In this document: piece by piece, positions 12,501 to 27,500 of the stretch
Numbering within the stretch: the stretch's first letter is position 1
Layout of the letters: the number at the start of each line of letters is the position of its first letter
From: Somniosus microcephalus
Lineage: Eukaryota
Direction of reading: 5' to 3'
Assembly (NCBI GenBank): GCA_052327205.1
Contig: CM126219.1
Span: forward strand, 67,704,001-67,768,000
Length of the DNA stretch: 64,000 nt
Position numbers and translations under genes: made by a program
Notes under the pieces: model-generated
Database searches by the model: none
Seen by the model: the letters and a program-made list of their open reading frames with translations, nothing else
What the model was told of the DNA's origin: nothing

Positions 12501-15500
12501 TTCCGGTTATATAGTGTCTTATATGTGCTCCATTTATTTTGGGAGAAACAGCTGTGCTTACTCATTCGATAAGAAACTTTCTTCAAATTAAGAGGCTATT
12601 CCACAAATAATATTGCATAATTGCCACCAGCTAAATGTCTCACACTAATGGCAATATCTAGGCTTCCTAGATTTCCATAATTCCAGATCACTAACTTAAA
12701 TGTTGGTAGAGATGTCAGAGGTACACAGCCACCGAGGCAGCAACATCCCGTTCTGTATCTGTTGCAACTGTCCGCATTTCAGACGTAGTGTCTGCCTTTC
12801 TGCATTTGTGGATTAAAATCAATGGAGCACCTCAACTTTCCCCTTCCACTACATGATGCAGCTACTCCAGGAATCCAAAGTCTGCTACATGTTGTGTACA
12901 AGAATTCCTGATCTACAAAAACTACTGCCAACATGCAGGAAAGTTTCAATTCCTCTGGAGCAACAGGTAGGGGTAAAGGGAGAATTGAGGAAGAAAAGGG
13001 CTAGCATGAACTGGAAGGGAAATTGGAGTACAGTGCAGTCAGTGATGTGTGTGAAAGGCTAAATTAGATTAATGGTAAGTGTTATTAACTTACTGGTTTC
13101 CCAAGATATTTAAACGGCTTTGCGGCAGGAGGTGGACATCCTAAAGTTTCTCATTACATTGGTTTGGGGGGGGGGGGGCTCTTTTCAAAACAGCCAAAAA
13201 AAAGCTTAAAAGCAGATCTGATAGAAGTATTCAAAATTATGAAGTTAATATCCTGGAATTCCCCAACACCACTGTGGGAGCAACATCACTAGGTGGCATA
13301 CCATCAGCTTCCCAGGGAAACCCACGATGGGCAGAAAATGGGATCTTGCCAGCATCGTCCACAACAGAGAACCCAAAAAAGGAAATAATACTGTCTGGTG
13401 AGTCAGTAACTAGAGGGCATAATTTTACCGGCAAAAGAACAAAGAGGTTAGTATTTTTTGTGTAGGGTGTGGTTACAACATGGATTACCCTACCAGAAAT
13501 TGAGGGGGAGAGAATTCATAGTGGGTTTGAAAAGGAAGTGGATAAATATTTGAAAAAGAAAAAGTAGGGAGATGGGACTAAGCAAATATAGGTCTTTTGT
13601 AAACCCAGCACAGGTGCAAGTGGGCTGAAACGCCCATTTCCATGCTGTGAAACATTATTCGAAGTCTTGTGTACTCATTGGTAGTGACTCACTTTGGTTT
13701 AAGAAAACAAATTACTGTACTTCAATGAAAAAACAGCTCCAAGCATTTAAATAGGCCTACAATGTGGAGTCAATAAGACTGATGCACTGCTGGTGTTGCT
13801 TTGATATGGATAGTTGTACATATCTGATGCCAATTGGAACAGAGAGAGTTCGATACTGGCACAGTTACATTTTAAATTAAAATGTATGTAGCTAGGCCAA
13901 GGTTTTACTGTGTCCTTGATGTCTTACAACCAAATTCATCATCTTATATACAACTTTCAACCTTGCTTCCTGAACAGCAAGTAATATTCGATCTGTCCAC
14001 CCATACACAAACTTCCAGTCAAATATAATGTAATGTTAGGATAATGTCCCAACTTACTGGCAGAGTGGTATAAAGTGGATTCACAGCAGTAAATGCCTCT
14101 ATTTGACTCACTCCCAACCATACCACTGCCTTGAAGGCAAGGCATCATTCATAGGGAAAAGTGAGATGGTGGACAAGTCATCCCAGGCCACTTTTGCTTA
14201 GTGCGTTTCCCATCATCTTGCCCTCAGTTCTGGGGAATGTCTCATCACAATGGCAATCAGGAGGGACACAAATAAAATTAACACCTACAATTTTTGTTGG
14301 TCATGATCTACAATATTTCTTTGTGCAAATTGCAAAATTAGAAAGCAAGCATTAAATTGTTCCCATGTATACAAATGACCCAATTTTTAATACCTAAAAT
14401 AACTCAATTTTGATATGCCTTACATTAAGATCAACCAAGTATCCCATTTCAGTATTGAAATGGATAGAATTGGATGTGCCACATTAAATATGCTCGTTAG
14501 CCAAGGCAGTGCTGCTTTCTATAAACTAAGATGTTCTATTTCCAGGCTCTGCAAATGTATAAATATATTTATGGATTACAATGTAAATATTTAACTGAAA
14601 ATAATTTATAAAGTTGCAGATTGTGAGAATCTTTCAACCTTCATGTGGTTTTCTTTTAAAAAGTGTTAATTAGCACCACTTGAGACCAGATTGTGAAACA
14701 GGATATAGTACATCCAACTAGCTGAGTTACTCCTTGCAAATGCTTGCCTTAAGATAGATACAATTAAGTGTATGGCATTTCAGAAAAGGTACATTTTAAA
14801 AACGCCGAGTAATTCGGGAGGTGGTATTTTGTGCCACCTACGCAAAGTCAGGTGAAAAAAAGTGAGAACTTTTAGGTTTTATATTATTTACTTCAGGATA
14901 TGCAACTCATACTTTGAAACATATTTTGGGTTAGATTTTTCCACTGCAACAGCAAATGCAGAGGAAAATTTGTTGGTTATTGCTCTAGCAGAGGTGCAAG
15001 TCCCCCATCTGTATGGCAGTACTATCAGCAGTTCGTTCTAAAGAAAGATGATGAAATATCTGAAAACTACATCAAAAACAAAAGAAAGGCTCTGAAGCAA
15101 AAGAGCACAGAAGGAAAATGGACAGTCCAAGGTTTCTGAAAGCACAAGTGGGGAATCTCCAGATTGTAACCCAAGCCACTTGCCTGCCTTCCACTCCTCT
15201 CTTCCTCCCCCCTCAAAGAGCCACAATAACTACTGTGGAGAAAAGTTAGAATTTGAATGGGAAAGGGAAGGAAAGAATGCAGTTTTTAGAAGTGTCCTGA
15301 AGTCAATTTGACAAAAGACTAGGCACAAGAGAAAGGCGAGTGCGTTGTGAACACACACTGTGCACAATGATTCTCTCGCTCCTCCCCTTCTTATTGTAGC
15401 AACCAATGATTGGCTGTTAAGAAACTACATTTGAGCCAAAAGAACAAAAACCACCAATTATTCACAGGAGCACTGGATGGAATAGAAGGCCAATCAGAGA

Positions 15501-18500
15501 GACCCATTCCTCTTTGTTTTTCCTCCAAGCATTTCTTGTGCATCGCCAAGTGTTTCTTTCTCCTTGCTTCCAGCCTGTGGTAGTGATGCAAGTAGGTGTG
15601 GGAAAGCCATCAGCAAGCTGCTGCCCACTGCACTGCAGTCCTAGGCATTCCAAATTCTGCATTCCTCCTGCGTTTCACCTGAAAGATAGGCTCCTCTTGC
15701 CTAGCTGCAGGGAGTTGTTCAGGCACTCAAGTATCCATTAACTGATTTAAGAATGACTAAAGCTGAAGGTGGGCCCTAGCTCTTTGCCATGTCCATTTTA
15801 CGAAGCTGCTGTCTTGTTTCAAATCACTCTACGGGAAGGAGAAGATGGAGCTGTCGTACTGTGGAAAGTTTTTTTTTATAAAAGGGGTCTCAAAAAAGTG
15901 CATGGCAGCATGGGTCTAGTCAAGAAACCAGGATTTCTGGTGTACTGCTTTATGGCTGGCTCTCTACTTTAATACCAGCAGAAATGTCAAAAATATACAC
16001 AATGATTACTCCAGCATCAAGTGGAAAAGTAACCTTTAGAAACTTAGCATTCTTCAGATGGCAAAACACTTCTGAAAAATACACAATTCTAATTTGCTTT
16101 AATACAGAACGCAGCCTTGTACTTGAGCTATTTTACTGGCCTCTTATCCAAAACACATTTTAGTGTCATATGTGGAATACCTCATTAGTGACACCATCTA
16201 GTGGCGGATGCCTGACTGCACAGTTCACTTTGCTTCTTCCCATGTTGAACATACAAGTGTTAGATTTTAGGCATGCATTTGTAAAAGGGTCAACAAAAAA
16301 ACAATAGTCTGTTTAGTGGTCATGAACAGGGACAATAATTGCCCATTTGCACTGTCTAAATCCATGGAGTAATTCTCCATACAATAGTGAAATCCCTGTA
16401 GCCAGTAGAGTTTTCATTGCAATACCATGTGGTTGGCCTCACTGAAGGGAGTCTTTGATCTAAACATTTACATCTATCATGGGATGCCAGTGACTACACT
16501 TCCCATATATACACACAAGATCTGACTGTAGAAAAATGCAGCACTGGAAATTCTACGCAGAGAAGCAAAAAGTAACACCAACCTATTTCAGTAAAATGCA
16601 CACCCAATCCAGACACTCAAAACTTGCCAAGAAAGGTCATGCTTAGGGCTTCTGGACAAAGTAAGCAAATAGTGAACAATGATTTGGATTTCAGACTCAT
16701 TAAGTATGAACTTCTCCAGATGACTACATTCCACACTATTCTGTAAATACAGTGCAAAAGTCAAATATGTGGCTCACCTGTAGTGGAAGAAGATTTCTTG
16801 ATCATGTTGAGAAGTTTCTATGAAGCCAAAGTTATCCTTCAATGCTGCCACATAGCCTACAAGTCTCTTGGCATTGGGGTTACGATTTAGAATTTTGATT
16901 GACACTGCACTCTGTAGACCAGTTCTTTTAACTTCACAAATGCTAAATTCAATCTATATGAAAGATTAGAGAAAAAATTAGTACCTTTAAGCAAGAATTT
17001 TTTATTTTTTGAATTGACTATTTATTTCCATGTAAGCAATGTGGCTTTATAAAAACTAGCACTGCTATACCAATGGAAACACACACTTGCCTAGGTATAG
17101 AATCGCAACAAGTCAGACAGATAACTCAAGAAAGTTATTTTTCCGTTGAAACTTCAGATACATCACATATATGATAAGTCTGGTAGGTGACCGTAACCAG
17201 CTTGTGAATTGGTCACTGAAATGCATCACACTGCATGATCAGCCAAAGATGGTCTTTTTGTTGGCTATAAAGGGCTTGCATGAAACACCTTTGGGGAGCC
17301 TCAGCCCGCTCAGGCAGGATGTGGGAGTACAATTTTACTGAACATTTTTGTGGGCTAAGGCCCATGAAAATGAGTTAGGTTTTGACAGCCATTGTGGGAG
17401 CAAATGGATGCATCTTCAAATAGTTTTCTGAAGCCACATCACAAAACCGCTCACAACAATGCGACAGTTCAGTGAGTTTATCGTATCAGTAGCTGCGCCA
17501 TACAGACCAGGTCGGGGTCAGTGGTGCCCAAAATGGAAAAAGCATCACTGTCTGTAGCACAAGCATCTCAGAACACAAAATTCACTAAAAGATATAGATT
17601 TAGTAGACTGCATAACCAAAATACATGACAGAAACTGCAGGGCAGGAAAGAAAAGAAATGAATTATCATGTTTTGCAGTAGAGGCAGGCCTACATTACTA
17701 GGAACCAATAACACGGTCTTCATTATTATATGAGCCTCACTTAAGTGCCAAGCATAGTATCATTCCAACTCCTGTCAGTTATTAGTTGGAGAGAAATCCC
17801 AATGAGTCCTAAAGTATTATAGAACAATTTAACTGGTGTTTTTGCGTTAACAAAAATTAATTGGTTTATCACAATCAGCAAAATGCAGGTATTCCCTATA
17901 GGAGACGGCTATAACTCACTCATGGATATTTCTACAAGACAAATAACTACCATATACAGCCTATTTCAACTAGACCAGCTGATCAAATTGGTACTTACAA
18001 GTAAATGCATTAAGAGGTTGAACTTTCTCAAAAGGAAGTTTGTGGTATTGGATTAGTGCAAACTTTAAAGGCCCCCACTGGCACATCTTCATCCATAATG
18101 GTCTGGATTTCAATCTTATCCCTGCCCACTGCCAGTAATATTATCACCAAAGAATATTTTTGCAGGGCACGTGCAAGTTGCATTTGCACCAGCATCCTTT
18201 CCACCCAAAACGTTTGTGGCAGCACAGCACTCCACAGAGCGAGAATGAACAACAGAAGCTGGGAACTTCAGTTGGGAACCAATGTTCTAAAATCTCCATC
18301 ATACAAAGATAGAATGGGCAGGTACAAAAACTGAGTAACCACAGAAGTGTACAGGACAGAGGGAACCCATTTGGTCCATCGTGTCTGTGTCGGCTTTTTA
18401 CCAGAGCAATCAAAAACGAATTCACTGCTCTGATCACTCTCCACCGCCTTGGATTTTTCTCTGCTTCAAAAATGTATCAGTTATTTCCTTAAAGGTCTCT

Positions 18501-21500
18501 GCTTCAATTACTCCCTCCCTGTGGCAAAGCATTCTATGTTCCAACAATTCAATGTAAAGAAGTTTCTCCTAACCTCTCTCCTCACTATTGTGGCAATTGT
18601 AAATTGATAACCCTCATTACAAATTCAGGTTTGCTGTAACTAGAAAATTCTTTAGTGTCAGTTGCTCCCTCAAGTGGTCCATCTTGCTTTTATGGAAGTT
18701 GACTCACTGTCCTGTATCTACAGTAGTATCCCGTTGCGATCTGGATTGGAACCTCAAACCTTTTGCATGTTTCTTCAGTCTCTCAGTAGGTGGAATGAGT
18801 CAAACTGGACAAAGTGAATTTGGTTTGATAGACAAGCTGTTTTATTCCACAGCAAGGCGAAACATACAGAGCAATAGGTATGATCAGTCACTTGGTTCAC
18901 TCAGTACAACTTATATGTGCATAATGATACAAAATAAAGGAGACGCGAGGCTACCGCCACTGAGGCTTTTAACTTTGAGAATAATGCTTTTATTCTTAAC
19001 CTACAGCCCAGAGCAGAACCACTCTCCATGCAGTCCAGTCTTTCCCAACCTTTCACTGCCTGTTCATGTATAAATCATAGAACTGATACAGCACAGAAGG
19101 CGGCCATTTGGCCCGTCGAGCCCATGCCAGCTCTCTGCAAGAGCACTTCAGTTAGTCCCACTCCCCCGCCCTTTCCCCGTAGCCACACAAATTTCTCTTT
19201 CAGATACCTATCCAACTCCCTTTTGAAAGCCACGATTGAATCTGCCTCCACCACCCTTTCAGGCAGTGTATTCCAGATCCTAACCACTCGCTGCGTAAAA
19301 ATCTTTTTCCTACGTCGCCTTTGGTTCTTTTGCCAATCATCTTAAATCTGTGTCCTCTGGTTCGTGACCCTTCTGCCAATGGGAACAGTTTCTCTCTATC
19401 TACTCTGTCCAGACCACTCACGATTTTGAACACTTCTATCAAATCTCCTCTCAATCTTCTCTGCTCCAAGGAGAACAACCCCAGCTTCTCCAGTCTATCA
19501 ATGCAACTGAAGTCCCTCATTCCTGGAATCATTCTCGTAAATCTTTTCTGCACCTTCTCGAAGGCCTTCACATCCTTCCTAAAGTGCGGTGCCCAGAATT
19601 GGACACAGTACTCCAGTTGGGGCCAAACCAGTGTTTTATAAAGGTTCATCATAATTTCCACACTTTTGTGCTCTCTACCTCCATTTATGAAGCCCAGGAT
19701 CCCATAAGCCTTTTTAAGTGCTTTCGCAACCTGCCCTGCCACCTTCAACGATTTGTGCACATATACCCCCAGGTCTCTCTGTTCGTGTACCCCCCTTCAG
19801 GATTGTACCCTTTAGTTTATATTTCCTCTCTTTCTTTCTACCAAAATGTATCACTTCACACTTTTCTGCCTTGAATTTCATCTGCCACATGTCCACCCAT
19901 TCCGTACGAAAAACTGTTCACCACTACTGTCTCCTGTCACTTTGTATCCAATTCTGTATCCTTGCTGCCACTATCCCATTTATTCCATGGGCCATCTTCC
20001 AAAAATCTGACTGCCTCCTTTAGTGTCTATGTTCAATTCTTAAAAGCCATTCGCTATCAAAAAGCCTGCCGCTCTCAGACCGATAAGTCATAGGGTTTTC
20101 CAACACTATGGCAAGAGATGTCTTTCTGAATACTCAAACTAATGAATTGCTTGTTTGGTCTCTTGGAAAAACAACTTCCAATTCGCATCCTAAACATCTC
20201 TCGTCCAAGTGCTCCATTAAAAGAAATTGGAGAGGATGCACATTGTTTTTAAAAACTCAGCATTAAAAGTAACTTATTCCAATTCCTTTGTGGAAAATGG
20301 TTAAAAATTCTAGAAATATGAAATCCAGACCAACCTTTCCCTATTCACCAGCAAATCCATCATAATTTTAAAGGTCTTCTCTGTCTATAATGAACTAATG
20401 GAAGTGGTCAGTAATTAAAGGCCCCTCATAACTAGTTTGCTTTCTAAGATATCAATCACCCCAGTGAACCCACGATGTATCCTAAAGTCCTTTTTATAAT
20501 GAGACACCAAAAACAAAGTACTGTAAACTAACCATCGCCTTATAACATTTATTAGCTCTTTACTCCTGTAAGGTTTTCCCTTCCTACATTACAACAGTGA
20601 CTACACTTCAAAAGTACTTCATTGAATGTAAAGCACTTTGGGACGTCCCGAGGTCATGAAAGTGGCTGTATAAACACAAGTGTTTCTTTCTCTTTCTTTG
20701 AGTTTTATAATAAATACCATTGGCCATTATGGTTTTATCTGCACTCGCAGGGATTAACTATTTGAACCCGTGTCATTCATTCTTTTCAATGTCTGCAGAA
20801 ATAAAAGAATGTAAATTTTCAATTAATGCCCTCATTTTAAGTAAGTTTTTAAAACTACTGGGCAGCACAATGCAGGTTTGATCCTAACCTACAGTCATGA
20901 CCTTAGCTGCTTTACAATTGGAAAAGGGAGAAAATGGCTGGTGCACACCAACCCGCAATCCATCAAAACTGGCAGGGGTCTTACATTAGGGTAAAAATCA
21001 GAGAAACGAAGGGAGATTTCCATTCCAATATAATAGTGTAAATTTCACTTCATTCCTCCCCCCACCCCCCTCCAAACAAGGATGAATTGCAATCCAGAGG
21101 GCCAAATAGTGCTCTCCAGCCATATTACAGGGTGACGAGCACATTAAAGCAGACATACTAATTCTGTAGTCTTTGGAAATGCAACAATGTATGCCAGGAC
21201 CAATATCTATTATATATGAAAACTGCCGAGTGGGTCACAACAGTCCATTTCAAAATATATTGAAAATTCCTGTCATACAACTTTAGTGGGAAAACCCATT
21301 TATTGAAGTATAACTTATTTGCACCACCCGTTACATCTGTAGATGGTATTATCATAGACGTGTTAAATTTCAAATCTGTCATGCAACATTAGGTTTAAAA
21401 ACCAAAATCAGAACGTGACATTGTAAAGGAATTACTGGCGTCATCCTGCAGCTCCATAGCATGGCCACATGGTGGCTCTGCACCAGCTTCTCAATTCGCA

Positions 21501-24500
21501 GGGCTTATGTTGTGCCTGAGCTGCATGGAGTCTCCTTGGCCCCAAGGCAAGAGAATATTGCAATAGATGCCATTCAACGCCACCAACACCCACCCCCACC
21601 ACAGAAAACCTGAACGCCACCTGAAATTTTATTCCCCCTCACTCCCAGCCACCATGGGTTCTCATCTCCCCATTTTTGCCACACTAACCAACCACTACAC
21701 AACTCGGCCGCCCGCCCTCTCCCCAACTGGCTGCTATTGGCCTTGGCTGCAGGCCCACTATGCACCTTGCCATCACCCCGGTCCTCGTAGCCCCCCCAAC
21801 CCCCACCATGGACCTCAGCGGCTTTACTCCTCGGATACACTCCCACTCCACTGATTCCCCGTACTGCCAAAAGAGCTCAGCCACTCAAAATCTCAACTGA
21901 CTGATGGCCTGCCAGTGTGCTAGCTATCTTCTCGGGCTGCAACACTACGCCTAAACCCCCCACCCCAACAGAAGGTCTTTCACCCTAACCCGGCTATTTT
22001 CATGTGCTAGCCCCCTTCTTCCAAAGAACGTGCCAGGACACCCCGCCATAATGAAGTGTCTTGAGCTTCATTGCTCTCCACTCTTATGGGCTTTCTGGGT
22101 ACAGGGGGGGGCGCTGTACTGTCAGAGATGCAGTCTATCGTATGAGACCACAGAGACCCCATCGACCCCGTTAAGAGGACATAAAAGATCCTATGGCACT
22201 ATTGAAGGGCAGGAGAGCTCTTTCGGTGTCCTGCATAATAGTTATCCCTCCCCTCAACCATCACTAAAAATAGGGTCTGCTGTAAAATAATTGATAGAGC
22301 TTGACTGCCATAATTAGTAAACAATCCCATTATTGTTGGGTTTTCTCATCTAGCAATTCCCATGATCCTTTGGTTCTCGGTCACCCCCTCCCCACCTCCT
22401 ACTTTCCCTTTCCACTTTCCCTACCTTAGTCCAGTTATCCTTCAGTCCTCTAACCACCCTGGAATTGAATACTGCACTTAGGCTTGACTTCCCATGTGCA
22501 ATGCCACAGGAGATGGGCTAGTATTTTTCTATTAATGAAGATATCAAAATTAAGTACATTAGGGAGGCAAGAGTTACGACCATCATGTGATTACTATAAC
22601 CTACAGCATACACATTCTACAATCAAGTACTGCAATAAGAGGCACTGCCAATTCTTCAGAAGTATTTAGCTACAATACAAACCCGAATTGTGGACCACCA
22701 CTACATTTTGGGCTGGTTGCAGTTCAAAATGTAATAATGGCTTTAATAATTTAATAGAGATGGTCATTTTACCTTCAGTAGCAATTGAAAAATTGTACTG
22801 GTAAGACTAGGAATCACCCACACAAGTTTACCTTATCACCAAGCTGTGGAATTGCACACCCTTCCAGGTCTTTTATATGGTATGGTACGGTCATTCTTAT
22901 CCCAGTCTCCTCATATGCAAGGATTCCCTCTTCGGCATCCTAAAGAGTGACAAAACGGGACAAGTTCAGCAACAGTGGAAGCCACTCCGACACAACCCTA
23001 CATGTTGTTAACTGGACCAGAGTTGGCAAAATTGTCTTCATTGTGGGATTCTCTGGTTCCTAAAAAAATTCAACTATGTTCATCAAAAGTGATGTGTAAC
23101 AAAAATCCACATGCATATATTTTTAATTCAGTTATTAAACTAACATGCAAAGTTTTTTCCAATCAATTTCAAACATGTCACCATTAAAAAATACAAATTC
23201 TGTAAAGATCATTCCCCCTCCAACAATACTTTGCAATATTTAATACATTTTGTCTTGTTGAAAACAATACTATATTGTAAGTGGTGCTCACTTACAATTT
23301 CTCCAGTAATCGGTGAATAGCATATATACATTTAAGGGGAAGCTAGAGAAGTATGAGGGAGAAATGAAGAGGGATATGTTGATAGGATTAGATGAAGTAG
23401 GGTGGGAGGAGAAATAACAGCAGAAAATGCTGGAAACACTCAGCAGGTCCAGCATTTTCTGTTATTTCAGATTTCCAGCATCCGCAGTATTTTGCTATTG
23501 TATTAGGGTGGGAGGAGGCTTGTGTGGAGCATAAACACGGACAGACCGGTTGGGATGAATGGCATGTTTGTTTCTGCACTGTAAATTCTATGCAGTCAAG
23601 TGTTGAACACGCAGTGATTTTACCATCACAAGATTACACGAGGAAGGTCATTTGACCTAATATTAGCTCATTCATCCGAAACAGGCTCGAGGGGCTGAAT
23701 GGCCTCCTCCTGTCCCGATATTTAGATAGAGTAGAGTAAATAAAGAGAAATTGTTTCCAATGGCTGAAGGGTTGATAACCAGAGGGCAGAGATTTAAAGG
23801 CGATTGGCAAAAGAACCAGAGGCGACATGAGGAAAAACTTTATGCAACAAGTGGTGAGGATTTGGAATGCACTGCCTGAGGGTGGTGGATACAGATTCAA
23901 TAGTAGCCTTCAAAACAGAATTGGATAAAAAGACTTGAAGGAGAAAGAATGGCAGGGATATGATGAGAGAGAAGGCGAGTGGGACTATGGATTGCTCTTC
24001 GAAAGAGCTGGCACAGGCTCAGTGGGCATGGCCTCCTGTGCTGTACGATTCTATAATCTATGATTCTACGTTCCATAAAGAAAAATCTACACGGCAGTAT
24101 CTAACTTTCTTAAAGGATTTTCAACTTCACTACTCAATCTGAAAGTCAATTCCATGTGTTGATTATTGTGTGAACAACTTCTATACTATTATAAAATTTG
24201 CCTTTATTTTTGAATCCTACTTGGTTTTGGTGTCTGGTCTGACAAAAAGGCCATCAACCAGAAACATTAACTGTGCTTCTCCCTCCACAGATGCCACCTA
24301 ACCTACGGAGTATTTCCAGCATTTTCTGTTTCTATTTCAGATTTCCAGCATCCGCAGTATTTTGATTCTGTATTGGTTTAGGTGTCAGCTGTCTCTCCTC
24401 TCCTTTTTATTCAGAAAATGTTTCCAGTAATTTGTGAAGGTAGTATAGTTGTTTTAATACCAGGATGCTAGTACAGGAAACTTTGTTATCCGGAGGCTAA

Positions 24501-27500
24501 ATGTCCAGCAAGCGCGAGCCACCAGCAAAAATCAGGAGCCGTTTTGTTAGGTTTTTTTTCTTCGTGGCTTTTCCCCCCCCCCCCCCCAACAATCAGGCTC
24601 TGCAAAGTCTCTGTAGCTTAGCAACAGCTTCAGAGAGACGCTTCCAAGGTACGGGCCGACTGTTTAGAAGCTGTTGCTAAGCAAGTGTTTGTTGTCAGAT
24701 GGAGATGAAAAGCCCCGTATGCTTCAACATTAACGCTGGTGTGTCCGGCAGTTGAGGGAACGGCAACAGCTCGGTCCCGTCGGCGCCGGATAGCACAAAG
24801 TTTCCTGTACTCGTTGATATCCACAACTTTCCTGGTTAACATCTTGATTTCCAAAAAGGAGTATATCCGAGAACATTACTTTGTATCCATATTGTTGAGT
24901 TGAGGAAATCCTCATTTGTCACATTTCATGCCCCTGTATTTTCTCCCTATTGTTTACAGTTATATGTCCTTTTCAGTATTCCATGTAAACGTTCAATATT
25001 CTCTCACTCCAGGTAGGCAGATCGGCATCCCAAGACATTTTCTTTACGACACACATTGCTATCCACTTTCCTGAGCAAAGAATCCTCATTAACTACAATC
25101 TCTGACCTACAGACATCATAGCCCAGGATGTCCCCAACTACCATTTCTTCAGAAACCTTATTGAACATCTGCAATGTTGGAGTGCCTAGTAATGTTATTG
25201 TAATCTTTTGTAGTTAACACAGGTTTACTTGCTTCTTTTGCCAGCCTTAATCCATCCAATTCTACCCACATTTCCTTGGCGTCAGCCATGACTCAATGGG
25301 TAGCACTCTCGCTGCTCAGTCAGAAGGCTGTGGGTTCAAGTTCCACTCAATACTTGAGCACAAAAATCTAGGCTGACACTCCAGTACCGTGCTGAGGGAA
25401 TGCTGCACTGTCAGAGGTGCCGTCTTTTGAATGAGACATTAAACAGAGGCCTCGTCTGCTCTCAGATGGATGTTAAAGATCCCATGGCACTATTTCGAAG
25501 AGCAGGGGAGTTCTCCAGCAGTGTCCTGGTCAATATATACCCCTCAACCAACACCTAAAACAGATTATCTGGTCATCGTCACATTGCTGTTTGTGGAAGC
25601 TTGCTGTGCGCATTTCCTACATCACAACAGTGAAAAGTACTACACTTGAAAAGTATTTCATTGGCTGTAAAGCACTTTGGGACATCCTGAGTTTGTCTTT
25701 CTTTCAGCCCTTGTCTGTATCCTGACCACCCTATCCCTGGTTGTAATGGTTTCTACCTCCATCCCCTGATGGCTCACTCTCAAGGTCTCACATTAGTCCA
25801 ATCATTTCAGCGACCTGTGGTGACTGACTTACTGAGTCTAATGTTATTAATAATCCCCTCACTTTTTCCTACTCTTGTAATTTACAGCATTTTGCTCTCT
25901 GAGCAAAACACTTCCTTTGAACTTACTGATTAGCAGACAGTTTTCTCAAGTCTTCCTTTATATCTGGCTTTCTTGTTCATAAACATTCCAAAATGTAAAT
26001 AGACCACAGCCTCAATCTTAGACTCATGTTAGTCTCACTTTTAGTCTCATTTCTCTAGTTTGACCCATTTTAAATGTACTTTTTCAGTCTTTTAGTTGAT
26101 AACTTTGTTCTAAAAGTTCCCTTTTAATTCACTTCCCTCAGGTATCCTTTTAATTTTGACTTGTCTGTTTGGCCGCTTTCGCCATCTATATCTCTGGTGT
26201 TCTTTCATCGTAGCTTTTCGCCACTCCTTGCCTTTAACATTAAATGCCATTTGGAAAAACCTAATACTATTCATCCCTTTTTGAAACTCACGCTCTTCAA
26301 GGCTTTGGGGAGGGGAACTCACTGAAATAATCTACTGTACAAAACTTCCATTTTATCTTTCCTTTTAAACTAATGTGGACATCATATTGTAACTGCATGG
26401 AATGATTTGCCAGTAGGCAAGGCATTCACAGCCAGCCAAAATTGAGCAAAACTGAAAAATGTCCCACTCTATACATTACAAATAGCATTTTATGATCTTC
26501 TTTAGAAGACGGTTATAAAACAGCTCATCATAGGTATACATTACAGTTCTGTAATCAGCTGCTATTCTATATAATGGGAACATAGGTACAAGGCCATTCA
26601 GTCCTTGAGCCCATTCAATGAGATCATAGCTAATCTCGATCTTAACTCCATCTACCCGCTTTGGTTCCGTAACCCTTAAAACCATGCCTAACAATCTGTA
26701 CAAGAGTTTTCCAGTTTTCTACTACCCTGTGAAGAAGTGCTTCCCGACGTCACCCCTGAATGGCCTGGCTCTAACTTTAAGGTTATGCCCCCTTGTTCTG
26801 GACCCCCACTACCAGAGGAAATGGTTTCTCAGCTCCTTTAATCATCTTAATCAGCTCAATTAGATCACCCCTTAATCTTTTATACTCAAGGGAATACAAG
26901 TCCTCAATTTAATCCTTTTAGCCCCAGTATCAGTCTTGTGGATTTGCACTGCTCCCCCGCCAAGGCCAATATATCCTTCCGGAGGTGTGGTGCCCAGAAC
27001 CGAACGCAGTACTCTAAATGGGGTTTCACCAGAGCTTTATATGACTTACATAACTTCTACTCCTTGATGTTCCAGTTTCCTGGAGATAAAGGCCAACATT
27101 CCATTAGCCTGACCTGTCCAGTATCTTTCACTGACTTCTATACCTGGACCCCTAAATATCTCTGCTCCACCACAGTTTCTAGCTTTGCACCATTTAGAAA
27201 ATACTCTGATCAATCTTTCTCGGGTCTAAAGTGGATGGCGATCGAGTCCCTGCTTTTGATAAACTTGTAATGCCACAGTTGTGCATGCACATGTCTTCAT
27301 ATCTGGAGTCAAATTTAATGTATTGCACCATACCACATTGCTTTTAACTCAAGAGGAATTAGGACACATTCAAATCTTGATCACACTACACAACCTTAAA
27401 ACATATTTGCGCTATTGGACATCCAACAAGTAGAGAAAGTACTCAATACTTCTGAATGAAATGCAAGTATTCTACATTTCTGCTATACTGTACGTCATGC

